Source: a virus
Taxonomy: Duplodnaviria > Caudoviricetes
IMG/VR virus record: IMGVR_UViG_3300037067_025869
Coordinates: 10,850-74,849 of that record
Strand: one strand, 5' to 3'
Length of the DNA stretch: 64,000 nt
Positions 49,427 to 59,856 of the stretch are shown one piece after another; position 1 is the first letter of the stretch, and each line of letters begins with the position of its first letter. The notes under the pieces are model-generated. The model was not told the origin of the DNA. It worked only from the letters and a program-made list of their open reading frames with translations, and did no database searches. A program made the position numbers and the translations under genes.

Positions 49427-50294
49427 TTAGCGGGATAACCCGCTCACCTCCGTTTTCATCTTTATATTTAAGTACAGGATTAATAGCTTCAGAGAAGATC
49501 TTTTTTACTTCTGTTAGCATTGAAATTTCTCCAGCAGACCAATTGTTGGAATCCATGACGAATTTTTCGTAAGAAGCATCATTTAACCCTCTCCAGTCGC
49601 CTATTACGAAGGGTGCATAGCTAATAAAATCCTCATCGAACATTTCACCAGCATTTCTTTTTCTATTGATATATTGTTTTAGCCAGTTTGTAACACCAGC
49701 TGTTGGCAGATGAACTCTGATTTTCTTTCCAGACTTAAAAGGAAGAACTATACATCTTTCATCAGGGGAATAGTATTTCATAACTCTATCATCAAAAGTG
49801 ATATAGTTTACCATATCCTTAACAACATCTATTTTTGCCGTTTCGGATACCTTTGCTTGAAGCTTGTTATCCCCCTTAAGAAAGGTTCTTTCCCTGATTG
49901 CAAGAATAATATAGAAACGATCTACTTCTTTAATATCCCTCCAGGAAGATAATTTATTATCTGGATATTTTACATTGCAGCATCTTTCCAAAACATAATT
50001 CAACATATCATCAAGAACAAAAACATCATCTTCATTTAATGTTGACCAGTGTCTTATTTCAGCTGCCGTTGCTGAACGAATTATAATTTCAGTTTGCTCC
50101 GGGTAAAACAATCCCTGGGTAGGAAGATCTGTTGTTTTTAATTTTTCCCATCCCAATTCATTTTGAGGATCCTTTGACTGTGCAAATGGAAATGGAACAG
50201 CTCCAACGGGTATCGGAGTTATTAAAGGGCCGATTTGTCCTTCTTTTGACTCTGCAAATTCTCTTAATTTTTCTTCATTAGCATTTTCTGACAT
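49365..50294 (-). CDS. Tail assembly chaperone / baseplate hub assembly protein (gpG / gp26-like)
   Basis: LPTQGLFYP...IIIRSATAAEI motif; position between tail tube and tape measure. Confidence 0.7.
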   Translation of the reverse strand: MSENANEEKLREFAESKEGQIGPLITPIPVGAVPFPFAQSKDPQNELGWEKLKTTDLPTQGLFYPEQTEIIIRSATAAEIRHWSTLNEDDVFVLDDMLNYVLERCCNVKYPDNKLSSWRDIKEVDRFYIILAIRERTFLKGDNKLQAKVSETAKIDVVKDMVNYITFDDRVMKYYSPDERCIVLPFKSGKKIRVHLPTAGVTNWLKQYINRKRNAGEMFDEDFISYAPFVIGDWRGLNDASYEKFVMDSNNWSAGEISMLTEVKKIFSEAINPVLKYKDENGGERVIPLNFQGGIKSIFLISDPFSQLD

Positions 50295-50371
50295 AGTTTA
50301 TATAATTTTATACAATTTATCTATATATTATTATATGTCAAAAAGCTCGTTAGTTTCGAATAAATATTCAT

Positions 50372-51877
50372 TTATCCTCTTTTTTCAAATTTTATATTGC
50401 CATTCCCCCATAATTTGATAAACCCTCTTTCTCTCATAATTTGATCTTCCGATTTATTTTTGTCAAACCCTTCTTTGACTAATTTATGCTTCATAAAATT
50501 ACTTCTATGATATTTTTTCCCATCTTTTATCCACCAATAATTTGGATCAGTATCTTTAATGTGGGAGAATCCTAATCTATAGTATAAATCCCCTTGAGAT
50601 ATATCTCTATTTGCAAATGAAATAATGTTTTCTGAATTATATTTTTTTACAAAAACCGAGAATAATTTACTGGCTCCACCAACGATACTTGTATCCAATT
50701 TATTACAGAATCTTAATAGCTCATAGCCTCTGGCATTTCCTTTGAAAATCATTCTTTTTTTGCCAAAGGTCATTATAGAAACTAGTTCATTATTATTATA
50801 TAATCCTATATTTATGGAAGAGAGGCAATCCCCCTGTATATGATTTTTTAACAAGAAATTTTTTTTGTTTATAGCATTAACATATTTAATTTCGCAATTT
50901 CTTGCGAATATTCTAAAGATATTTTGTTTTAATTTATTTCGCAAAATTGATTTAATAATTCCGTTTTTATATTTCCAGTCATCCTCCCAAATAGTTATAA
51001 TATGAATGCCTCTTTCCTTAAAAAAATTCGTTTTTCTAACATGATCTTTTTTATTTTTAAATTTTTCACTATGCCAATAAAGCCCATTATATTCTATTCC
51101 TAACTTTTGATCCGGTAAATAAATATCCAATTCGATATTTTGAAATCCCCTAAAATTTTGCAGAATTTCCCCTTTATAAATTTCTCTCAAAAAATTAAAA
51201 ACTTCTTTCTCACCATCACTTGAAAAGTCAAGATATTTATGTTTTTTACAATATTTCGTAAATCCAAATGAAGAAGTAGATACTAGCAATTCTTTATTTT
51301 CAGTGCATCCATTTTTTTCACAGATAGGTATTTTAGAAATATTATTTTTTATAAAATATATTTTATCTGAAAAACGTAGATTCAAATGGGGTAAAGAAAA
51401 ATTATTAACTATTTTAAAAAATTGAGGCATATATTTTTTAAAATATAATGGAGTTTGCTGGCTAGAAGAAACAAAAATAATTTTTTTTAAGGCTTTTTTA
51501 CATGCCTCAATCTCTTTGATTGATGGAATGTACTGATCACTCAGATAAAAATCACGGCATTTAGGACATAGGATTTTAAATTCTTCCGGGATTTTAGCAC
51601 TTCTTAATCTTTTTTGATTTTCTACTATTTGTTTCCCATGTAAATTACAATTGAAAAAATGCTTTGCTTGAGCTACAAATAATTCTTGGGAAAATAATCG
51701 GGGATCATCCTTGAAAACCGTAAATTTATTATTATTGAAATCTTTTACAACCACTTGATATTTAGAAGACTTAATGATATCCTCTGATTTTTTTTCATAT
51801 TCTTCTTTAGAAAGATGGATGATTTCTTTCTTTTTAAGATCGTAGCATCGAATTTTTCCGGGTATATATTTTGGCAT
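50372..51877 (-). mobile_element. Hef-like endonuclease, copy 3
   Basis: ELDIYLPDQKLGIEYNGLYWHSE...IWEDDW, FARNC...NHIQG...YELLRFC...GGASKL; N-terminus differs from copies 1 and 2. Confidence 0.8.
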
Positions 51878-51992
51878 TTTTTAATTATTTTAATTATACG
51901 CCCAAATGGTTTAAAAGTTTTATTTTAGACAACAAAAAAGGCTTAACCGTTAGAGTTAAACCTTTAGCTTATATAGACTTTATATCTTATTA

Positions 51993-52592
51993 TTATACAA
52001 TAGTCTCATCCCAGGAATCACATGCTAAAACGTAACCTTCGATTCTGTAAATTTCTTCACTCATGTAAGCAATTTCAGGAACATTAAGGGGGGTTATGGG
52101 AAATACGTTATATAATTTCCATTGCCAATAAGGATTATTAGCTCTATCATAAAGAGTTATTAAAACCCATGGAGCGACATAATCGGCTTTAATACCGGTT
52201 CTACCAGTTAACGGATCATAAACTAAATCATTCCATTTTCTAAGGGTTTTTAGAACATAAGCACTTGGTGTACGATTCAAGTTAACTTCAAATGAAAGCG
52301 CAACATCCATCGTGGTCTTATCGGGTTTAGCTCCTGCAAATCTTCTTGCAGCCCATTTATAATTCTGTTGCTGCGGGGTTGTTGGAAATGAGTTTGATTC
52401 AAGACCGCCGATACTTATAATATTTTCAAGAAGAAGATTCGTGTTCTCTTCTGTAGAGCCGACGCCAACAGGAAGAGAGATCTGAACTGTAAATAAATTA
52501 AGGTATAAGGGTTCATATAATTCGGCTGCAGCTCTTGAACTTCTCCAATGAGGTATTCCGAATGTTCCTTGCGATTTTGAAAATTCTGCCAT
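51993..52592 (-). CDS. Tail tube protein (T4 gp19-like)
   Basis: YEPLYLNLFTVQI...LRKWNDLVYDP...WKLYNVFP...LACDSWDE; directly downstream of the sheath gene. Confidence 0.85.
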   Translation of the reverse strand: MAEFSKSQGTFGIPHWRSSRAAAELYEPLYLNLFTVQISLPVGVGSTEENTNLLLENIISIGGLESNSFPTTPQQQNYKWAARRFAGAKPDKTTMDVALSFEVNLNRTPSAYVLKTLRKWNDLVYDPLTGRTGIKADYVAPWVLITLYDRANNPYWQWKLYNVFPITPLNVPEIAYMSEEIYRIEGYVLACDSWDETIV

Positions 52593-52731
52593 TTTTATTT
52601 ATTTATTTTTTCTAATTTTCTTTATTTAAATTTTTATAGCAAACTCTACTGCCAACATATTTTTTATCATTTAATGTATTGGTTATTATGTATGTATAAA
52701 TATGCTTTATCCCTCTCGTATTTATTATTTA

Positions 52732-55251
52732 TTAAAGTGAACTAAAACTACCTGAACTGGATCCTCCTGTTTTGTATACTGTAATTCTCTGAATAATCTT
52801 TTCCATGCCTTTAGTAATCCAAACACCAATATCGATAATAGCAAATCCTTCATCGATAATATCGGAGGTATTGTTTGTTTCATCCATCACGATTTCGTAT
52901 TGGGTAAGAGCTCCAGCATCCTGAATACTTTGAAGGATCGGGGTAATTGTATTAACAATAGTAAGTCTAGTTACAGCATTATTGAAATCAAATACAAAGT
53001 TTTTAAGAACTTCTTCCACCTGTAATTCAATTGTATTCAAAAGTTCCCTAACATGTAAGTAGTTATAATCACTTTTTACAGTTTGAAAAGCAGTTCTGTT
53101 AGAATAGATAAGTATTTCACCGGTTGATGTTCTTTCGACTATTGAATTGTATCCAAAAGGTTCAAGATAATTTCTATCCTGAACATCTAACTTATATTCT
53201 ACTCCAGCCAAGTTTGGATTAGAAATAATGCCATTTTTATTTGCAACTATAGCATATGGATCCCCACCCAAGAATTTTCTTATAAAGCTATTTGCTACGT
53301 CAGCTGCTGGTGGAACAGAAATAATTTTATCTTGCTCTGTATAATTTAAAAAAGGCCCGAAAACCCCGGTAAATTTAGATCCATTATCTTCGTCGGGAAG
53401 AGAAAATTGAAAACTTCTCGGCATATCTGGGTTACCCCCCTGAGGAATATACTCAGTGCTAAATATTGGTTTTGGATCTACCCCATTAATAAAGGATTCG
53501 CAGAAATAAGGATCTTGACTTGCTGCAAATTGAGCTATTGAAGGTGCACTTAAAATAGCAGTACATTTTTCTCTCTTTTTAGCAAGCCTTGAAAGATAAA
53601 CTTTACCTCCAAGATTAGGTCTTAATCCATAACCCATAGTATCAATTACGTATCTATAATTAATCATATCTGGATTAATTAATCCCCTAATGATTCCTTC
53701 ATCTTCGAGCATTCCATAAATCTTAATAATTCCCTCTTCTGCATTTGGGGAGCCATTAATATCGTATCCGGGCAAATGATTTGAAGTAAGTTTAAGTCCT
53801 GTAAGAGGAAGAAATTTATAGCAAGTAGATACTGAAGCATCATCAATAGTCATCTGAGTTGTTATTGAAGCAGCTGTTACCCCTCCACTAACGGCTTCAG
53901 CCGTTTGAAGAACATAAACACCATTTGGAGAAGCGATAGTAGATACATCAGTTGTAAATGTTTTAGATGTTACATATGTTACACCCGGAATGCCATTATC
54001 GGATAATGCTAAATCTTTTTTAACTAATGTCCCTATACTGATTTTTGCAGAATCAGATGCATCATTTAAATAAAATTCTTTCCCCGTTGTTATTCCGGTT
54101 TTATAAATTGTAATATCTAAATCATTATGGAAAAAACTTGCGCTAACATCTATTTGATAACTTAGAAAAGCAGTAGAAACATCACCTACACTAATATCAA
54201 TAAGTCCGTGTCCTACCAAATCTATAATATGACTTGCCCCTTCGGTCGAACTTCCGTCCCCCATTTCCCATTGACCCTGATTCTCGTCCCATATAAGCTG
54301 ATCAAGAGCATCTTGATTAACATTAACCATAACTCCTGTTAAGGGGGTAGATGAATTTATAATGTCTTCAATGTTTTGATTAGACCCGGTTTGATCCCGG
54401 AATTCAGGAATAAATGTTCCGATCCAGGATCCTACCAAACTAACCTGTGGTAAATTTACGAAATCATTTAATTTTGAAGGAATAACTCCATTGGCATTAA
54501 AGTAAGATGAGAAAAATGGATCAGAAGCTAAATTAGAATAATTTGTCCAATCCCCTTCAACAGCAATAACCTGTATAAAATAATCTTTCATTAGGTCATT
54601 TGGACGTATCCATTCATAAGGAATAGCAGTTAGGGAGCCATACCAATCTTTAGCAGTTACACTATATCCCTGGATCCCAATAGCTTTTCTTACAATAACT
54701 GAAAGAGTTTTAGTCCCCACATTTGCAACTTGCAAAAGGGAAGTTCCTAAAATCTGATTTGCTCCGGATACCCCTTCTTTATTTCCAGCTACTCCCAATA
54801 AATAATCAGGATCAGCTTTCCAAAATCTTTCTCTATTAAAGAAATTGATATATTTATCCGCATATATCCCTTTATTCGCAATAGATGAATCTAATGATAA
54901 TGAAACAAATCCAGTACTTTCAGCAGCTGCTACTGAAGGGTCTCCGCTACTTAAAGTTTTTAGATTAAGAAGGTTAAGAGCAAATACGGGTGCTTGAAGT
55001 AAGCAAGTATCTATCGATCTCTGAAAGAATGATCCTTTCTTCTCTAGTTTTTTGTCTATATCCCCAAAAAATCTGAAGCGATCCCTTGTAGAGCGAATGA
55101 ATGTAGGAGCATTAAATGGCCCTGTTTTTGAAAATCCAACCACTAATCTCAAGGACTGGGTAGAAACTGTAATTCTTTCGGATTGATCTACTTCGACTGT
55201 ATATACCCCGGCTGATTTAAACTGTGATAGATCTAAAGAAAGTTTTGCCAT
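52732..55251 (-). CDS. Tail sheath protein (T4 gp18-like)
   Basis: SAGVYTVEVDQS, VVGFSKTGPFNAP, YLEPFGYNSI, LHVRELLN...FVFDFNNAVTR; GATATATATAAAA at 55275..55287. Confidence 0.92.
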   Translation of the reverse strand: MAKLSLDLSQFKSAGVYTVEVDQSERITVSTQSLRLVVGFSKTGPFNAPTFIRSTRDRFRFFGDIDKKLEKKGSFFQRSIDTCLLQAPVFALNLLNLKTLSSGDPSVAAAESTGFVSLSLDSSIANKGIYADKYINFFNRERFWKADPDYLLGVAGNKEGVSGANQILGTSLLQVANVGTKTLSVIVRKAIGIQGYSVTAKDWYGSLTAIPYEWIRPNDLMKDYFIQVIAVEGDWTNYSNLASDPFFSSYFNANGVIPSKLNDFVNLPQVSLVGSWIGTFIPEFRDQTGSNQNIEDIINSSTPLTGVMVNVNQDALDQLIWDENQGQWEMGDGSSTEGASHIIDLVGHGLIDISVGDVSTAFLSYQIDVSASFFHNDLDITIYKTGITTGKEFYLNDASDSAKISIGTLVKKDLALSDNGIPGVTYVTSKTFTTDVSTIASPNGVYVLQTAEAVSGGVTAASITTQMTIDDASVSTCYKFLPLTGLKLTSNHLPGYDINGSPNAEEGIIKIYGMLEDEGIIRGLINPDMINYRYVIDTMGYGLRPNLGGKVYLSRLAKKREKCTAILSAPSIAQFAASQDPYFCESFINGVDPKPIFSTEYIPQGGNPDMPRSFQFSLPDEDNGSKFTGVFGPFLNYTEQDKIISVPPAADVANSFIRKFLGGDPYAIVANKNGIISNPNLAGVEYKLDVQDRNYLEPFGYNSIVERTSTGEILIYSNRTAFQTVKSDYNYLHVRELLNTIELQVEEVLKNFVFDFNNAVTRLTIVNTITPILQSIQDAGALTQYEIVMDETNNTSDIIDEGFAIIDIGVWITKGMEKIIQRITVYKTGGSSSGSFSSL

Positions 55252-55399
55252 ATTTAAAGTTATTTTATATTCTTTTTTATATATATCCTTTAAACATTCT
55301 CAAAAAATACAACATTTTATTTTTCGAATTCAAATAAAAAATAAAATATTAATAAAATTGAAAGAGACAATTTAAATCTGAAATAGCAAAACAGATAAT

Positions 55400-57427
55400 T
55401 TAGCCCATCCTCCACGGAAGCCCCGATTGAGATCCTCTGCCGGATCCACCATTATTTTTTTCATGAGATATCCAGATTTTTCTAATCTCTTCTTGTTCAT
55501 TTGTAGTATCTGTCTGCTCGTAAAAAGCTTTAAACTGATCGTCTGTTACTTCGGCTTCACTATCTATAGGCTCCTGAAGTATTTGAAAAATATAGTTTTT
55601 TAAGGCAGATGCAGGCATCTGTTCTAAAAAATCATAAAGCCAGTCATTATATTCTGGTTCCTCATATAATCTAGAAAGATTTAAAGTGGACATAGCTATA
55701 TCATCATGTTTCCCTATTCCCTTATAAGAATTTTTAGATTTGCCAAACGATCCGAATTCCGCGAGGGTTTCCTTCTCGTTAGGAATGATAGTTTTTTGGG
55801 AGATAAGTTTCTTTCCTAATTTGCAAAAATATTCTTTATTGGATGTAACTTTAAATCCCGCTTTTTTTCTTGGCAATTTTTCCCCGGGAACGGGAGCAGT
55901 GTGATAAGAACGCATTACCATATCTTCGGAATAATCATCATGTTCCATGAGTTTATTAAGATATGCTTTTCCATTAAAGTTCATCTCGATAACCCATTTA
56001 GATGTTTCCTTAGGAAACTGATCGAATACAATAGCCTTATTTACTTTCGCCATTACATCTTCGTCTCCTATATTATCCCTAAAAATCCCTATTTGTCTTA
56101 AACGAAATAAATTTTTTATAATTCTTTCATCTTTCCTTAATTTTCTTATTTTAGCTATAGATTTTGGCTCAACTGCCCAGATGGTTGTGATATTATAATC
56201 ATTATCTTTACCCTCTTCATCGCTATCTTTTCCATCAGCAATATCATTCGAAAGAACAAAACGGATTAGTTGGGGATCTATATCTCCATTGGGATCAAAT
56301 TTAGGATGCCATTTTAAAAGATCCCTATAAATAAGTTCATCTAAGTTTGTTTTTTCCAATTCATAGTATTTGTATTTAGTGGAAAGTCTTCTAATCCAAG
56401 CAAGATCCGATCCAGATAGAAGAAGATTGGATTTTCTATCAAATGATAATTCATATTCCTGGGCAAATTCCTCTTCTCCAAAGTCTGCTTTTTGCTGTTT
56501 AGCCCAAGCATCATCATGCCCAGGAACCTCCCAATAATCAACACGTTTAAATTTAAAACTATTTTTCCCTTTATTAGCTTTATCCCAGATTTCAAAGAAT
56601 AAATTATCAACCCCATCTGGTGTTGATGATATAATACATTGAGATATTTTAGAACTAGAAAGAGTTGGATAAACTGATCTCCAGAATGAACGAGCTAATT
56701 TTTGATTAATATGAGCAAACTCATCAATGTAAAGTACATGGATGGTAAAACCGATAGCTGCTGTCTTTGTCGTTGCTTGAGAAGTAAGAGTACATCCATT
56801 ATCCAGTCTTAATCCTAATGCTCCAATTTGAATGATACCAGGTTTCAAAAAGAAAGGTAGACCTCGGAATACGTTTACAACCTTTGAAACAATTTCTGTA
56901 GTTGTTGCCTGTTTATTAGCCAAAATAAGCATGTTACGATCTGTATGAAAGCAAAGATACCAAGCGAAAAAAGCAGAGATTGTTGTTGTGTTATGACTTA
57001 AAATCCCATTTGAATAGAATCTATGATCTGAAGAATTTACTGTAGCATCAAACATAGAAATTTTATGTTTGAATTTTTTTATTTTAATAATTTTAGATAA
57101 TCCATTTTTTGTTTGTATCTCGTCTCCTATTTTTAAATTTTTAATAAATACTTCTTGCATTAATTTATTAAAAACTATATGATTATCAGCTCCTTCTAAC
57201 CACATTCCATTTTCAAGTTCTATTCTCCAAATAGTGTATGGCTGGGTTTTATGAATATGCGATATAGGTTTAAATCCGCTATCTGTTTCAATTTCCAAAT
57301 TCTCTATAGGTATGCTTTCAATAATTTTCTTACTATTATCCTTTTCATCTAAACTTAAATGACGATATTCCCATTTTTCAATAAGCTGAATTAAAAATAA
57401 AATAATATATTTAAGTGTTTTTTTCAT
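55400..57427 (-). CDS. terL: Terminase large subunit C-terminal part preceded by a 146-aa C-intein
   Basis: Residues 1-146 end in DATVNSSDHRFYSNGILSHN (blocks F/G) and contain block B GADNH. Then TTTISAFFAWYLCFH, LANK, Walker B LYIDEFAH, ISSTP, nuclease NDIADG and HDDIAMS. Confidence 0.93.
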   Translation of the reverse strand: MKKTLKYIILFLIQLIEKWEYRHLSLDEKDNSKKIIESIPIENLEIETDSGFKPISHIHKTQPYTIWRIELENGMWLEGADNHIVFNKLMQEVFIKNLKIGDEIQTKNGLSKIIKIKKFKHKISMFDATVNSSDHRFYSNGILSHNTTTISAFFAWYLCFHTDRNMLILANKQATTTEIVSKVVNVFRGLPFFLKPGIIQIGALGLRLDNGCTLTSQATTKTAAIGFTIHVLYIDEFAHINQKLARSFWRSVYPTLSSSKISQCIISSTPDGVDNLFFEIWDKANKGKNSFKFKRVDYWEVPGHDDAWAKQQKADFGEEEFAQEYELSFDRKSNLLLSGSDLAWIRRLSTKYKYYELEKTNLDELIYRDLLKWHPKFDPNGDIDPQLIRFVLSNDIADGKDSDEEGKDNDYNITTIWAVEPKSIAKIRKLRKDERIIKNLFRLRQIGIFRDNIGDEDVMAKVNKAIVFDQFPKETSKWVIEMNFNGKAYLNKLMEHDDYSEDMVMRSYHTAPVPGEKLPRKKAGFKVTSNKEYFCKLGKKLISQKTIIPNEKETLAEFGSFGKSKNSYKGIGKHDDIAMSTLNLSRLYEEPEYNDWLYDFLEQMPASALKNYIFQILQEPIDSEAEVTDDQFKAFYEQTDTTNEQEEIRKIWISHEKNNGGSGRGSQSGLPWRMG
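56990..57427 (-). mobile_element. Split intein C-fragment (IntC, 146 aa)
   Basis: Terminal His-Asn codons end at 56990; +1 residue Thr at 56989..56987. Confidence 0.9.
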
Positions 57428-58514
57428 AAATAAAATCCATACATTTTTTCACTGCATTAGAAGGATTTTTTAAATATTCGTCTTCCCATATAGTCAATAC
57501 AGAATATCCATAACTATTTGCTAATTTATTCTTTTCCTCGTCATATTTCCATATGTCTTTTGCATACATTCGTCTTGGGGTATTATAAAAATTCTCATCA
57601 TATAATCCTGGTTTGCAATGCCAAAATATACCGTTTATTTCAATTATTTTTTTATTATTAATATGTGTTAAATCGTATTTTCTTGCACCAAAATCCCCCT
57701 TCCCTCTAATAAATTTTTCATTTTTGCCATATAAATATTCTTTAGTGGAAGGACTATTTAAAAGTATTTCTTGAATTATATTTTCGGCTAGCATAGATCG
57801 ACCCCCGCCTATATAAGTTTTATCATTAAAAACTTTTTTCTTCCATTTTTCTTGTCTATCTTTCCATTTTTTTAATCCTTCTGCATCTCCATATTTTTCT
57901 ATGCATTTTTTTAAAGAAAAAGTAGTCTGTCTTTCCTTTAACTTTTGCTTTGCTTTTTCTTCCGAATATCCTCGTTTTAAATAATATTTTAAGGTTGTAT
58001 CAAATTCTCTATCTTTTAAAGCATATTTCAGAAAATCGGCATAATCGGTTTCTGATAAATTTCTTTTTTTATAAAAATCTTTGCTAAATGGAGATAGTTC
58101 CTTTCTTTTTTGTTCCGGCATTTTATAAACTGGATTTTTTTCTCCTTTGAACATCTCCGAAAACATCTTTCTATATTTTTCTTCCTTCATATGTTTACCC
58201 GAATTAATGGATATATTTCTTATATCAGCTTCTGTGCAAACAGGAGAATTTGGGAATTCTTTTTTGTAGTCTTCTATAGTTTTATCTGGGTGAGAAAATT
58301 TTATGTGTTGACCATAAATTCTCGTAACTTTTTGACCACACCATTTACATATGATATAGTCTTTTCCTTCTACACCAGATAATGATCCTTCCCTCTTTTT
58401 ATTCGAATAGTTTTTCTTGTATTTGTCTTTACATTCCTGAGAACACATCTTAACTCTTCCATCAGAAGTTGTAAATTCTGTTCTGCAAATAATACAGTGT
58501 TTTGTAGATTCCAT
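57411..58514 (-). mobile_element. Free-standing Vsr/PD-(D/E)xK-like endonuclease inserted between the terL halves
   Basis: Zn fingers CIIC...CSQEC and CKWC...H...H; C-terminal KYDL...IIEINGIFWH...LTIWEDE; own GAATATATAA motif at 58533..58542. Confidence 0.82.
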
Positions 58515-58540
58515 GATTTTATAATTTATGCATTATATAT

Positions 58541-59074
58541 TCATGGCTTCTCGGAAAGTTTTGAATTTATTTTATAAAGCAGAAATTTTATCCTTGATAA
58601 AATGCTTTTTTTTCTGCTTAATCGATTATATATTAAATAAATAGGAATTTCTATTATCTCGCTATGCTTTGTATTTTTTAACCTAATTTTAACGTTAGGA
58701 GAAAGACATTTACCCGTCTGCCTGCTCGCCATTAAAATATAATTTCTAACTTTAGGCCCGAAATCCTCAATATCTTCGATCCACACCTCTTCTCCAATAG
58801 TATTGAGAATATCCTTTTGAAAATCCCTTAAATCGACCGTTTTACGGCCATAGTCAGTTAAGAATTGACAATACTTTTCAACAAAGTAATCTATATCCTG
58901 AGAACACCGTATAAATTCAGCTTCCTCTTCTTCAGATAGTTGAAATAAAACATTATTCGCTTTTAATTCTGGATCCCTTTGATGAAAACAATCTAGATTA
59001 GCATCAGCTCCATAGCGAAGTTGTTCCAAAGTTTTATTAACGGATTCCGTTGTCCAAATTGTACTATATGACAT
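58541..59074 (-). CDS. terL: Terminase large subunit N-terminal part followed by a 55-aa N-intein
   Basis: RCSQDIDYFVEKYC, LRDFQ, ILMASRQTGK (Walker A up to Lys), then block A CLSPNVKIRL... Confidence 0.92.
   Translation of the reverse strand: MSYSTIWTTESVNKTLEQLRYGADANLDCFHQRDPELKANNVLFQLSEEEEAEFIRCSQDIDYFVEKYCQFLTDYGRKTVDLRDFQKDILNTIGEEVWIEDIEDFGPKVRNYILMASRQTGKCLSPNVKIRLKNTKHSEIIEIPIYLIYNRLSRKKSILSRIKFLLYKINSKLSEKP
58544..58708 (-). mobile_element. Split intein N-fragment (IntN, 55 aa)
   Basis: Cys1 codon at 58708..58706 immediately after GGT AAA (Gly-Lys). Confidence 0.88.
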
Positions 59075-59110
59075 TTTAATGAATTTTTGATGTATATATC
59101 ATAATTTTAT

Positions 59111-59770
59111 CTAAATTGATGAGTTAGATTTATCCGGAGAGGCGTATTCTATAGGTATAGCTTCAATATCTTGAATATGGCTTTTCAATTTTTTTGTTTC
59201 CCGAATAAGTTCTTTAGTTCCCAAAGCAACAAGTCCATAACCATTTCTTATCATTCCATTCTGCCCTGGCCCAATAGCTTTCAATTCATTTTCTTTTTCC
59301 CTAACATCAAATTTAATCTCTTTATATGTGGATTTTATAGCTTCGATAGTTTGCAGTAGCTGTTTATTTAGATCACCAATAGTCTTGCTTAATTGACCGA
59401 ATACTTCAAAATTGCGATTATGTGTTGCACCATTACGGACCTCCTCCATAAGAGTTTCTTGCATCATTTCATTTACTTTCAACTGATAAAGCATTCCTGA
59501 AAGAGAAATAACATCCACCTGCATTTTATTCTTCATATAGGGATTCTGATGAATTATTTCATCGGAAAGAACAAATCCGGTAGCATTCTTAATCATTTTT
59601 TTTGCCTCGCCATCACATTTTCTATGAAGTTTTTTAAAATCCATAGTAAATCTCGGCTCCATCATTAATTCCGGAACTACATCCCCAGGGGGGATTACAT
59701 TTTTATCAAGACTGCCATCAGCTGCATCAATCATTTTCTGCAATTCGTCAGCTTCTTCTTTAGCTTTCAT
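59111..59770 (-). CDS. terS: Terminase small subunit (T4 gp16-like)
   Basis: HNRNFEVFGQLSKTIGDLNKQLL...ALGTKELI resembles gp16 motifs; directly upstream of terL-N. Confidence 0.7.
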   Translation of the reverse strand: MKAKEEADELQKMIDAADGSLDKNVIPPGDVVPELMMEPRFTMDFKKLHRKCDGEAKKMIKNATGFVLSDEIIHQNPYMKNKMQVDVISLSGMLYQLKVNEMMQETLMEEVRNGATHNRNFEVFGQLSKTIGDLNKQLLQTIEAIKSTYKEIKFDVREKENELKAIGPGQNGMIRNGYGLVALGTKELIRETKKLKSHIQDIEAIPIEYASPDKSNSSI

Positions 59771-59856
59771 AATTTATTATATTTATATGAAAGGGCAAAG
59801 ACCTTTCATGGTTTTATATATTTTCTATATTATTTTAACTAATTAGTTTATCGTCA

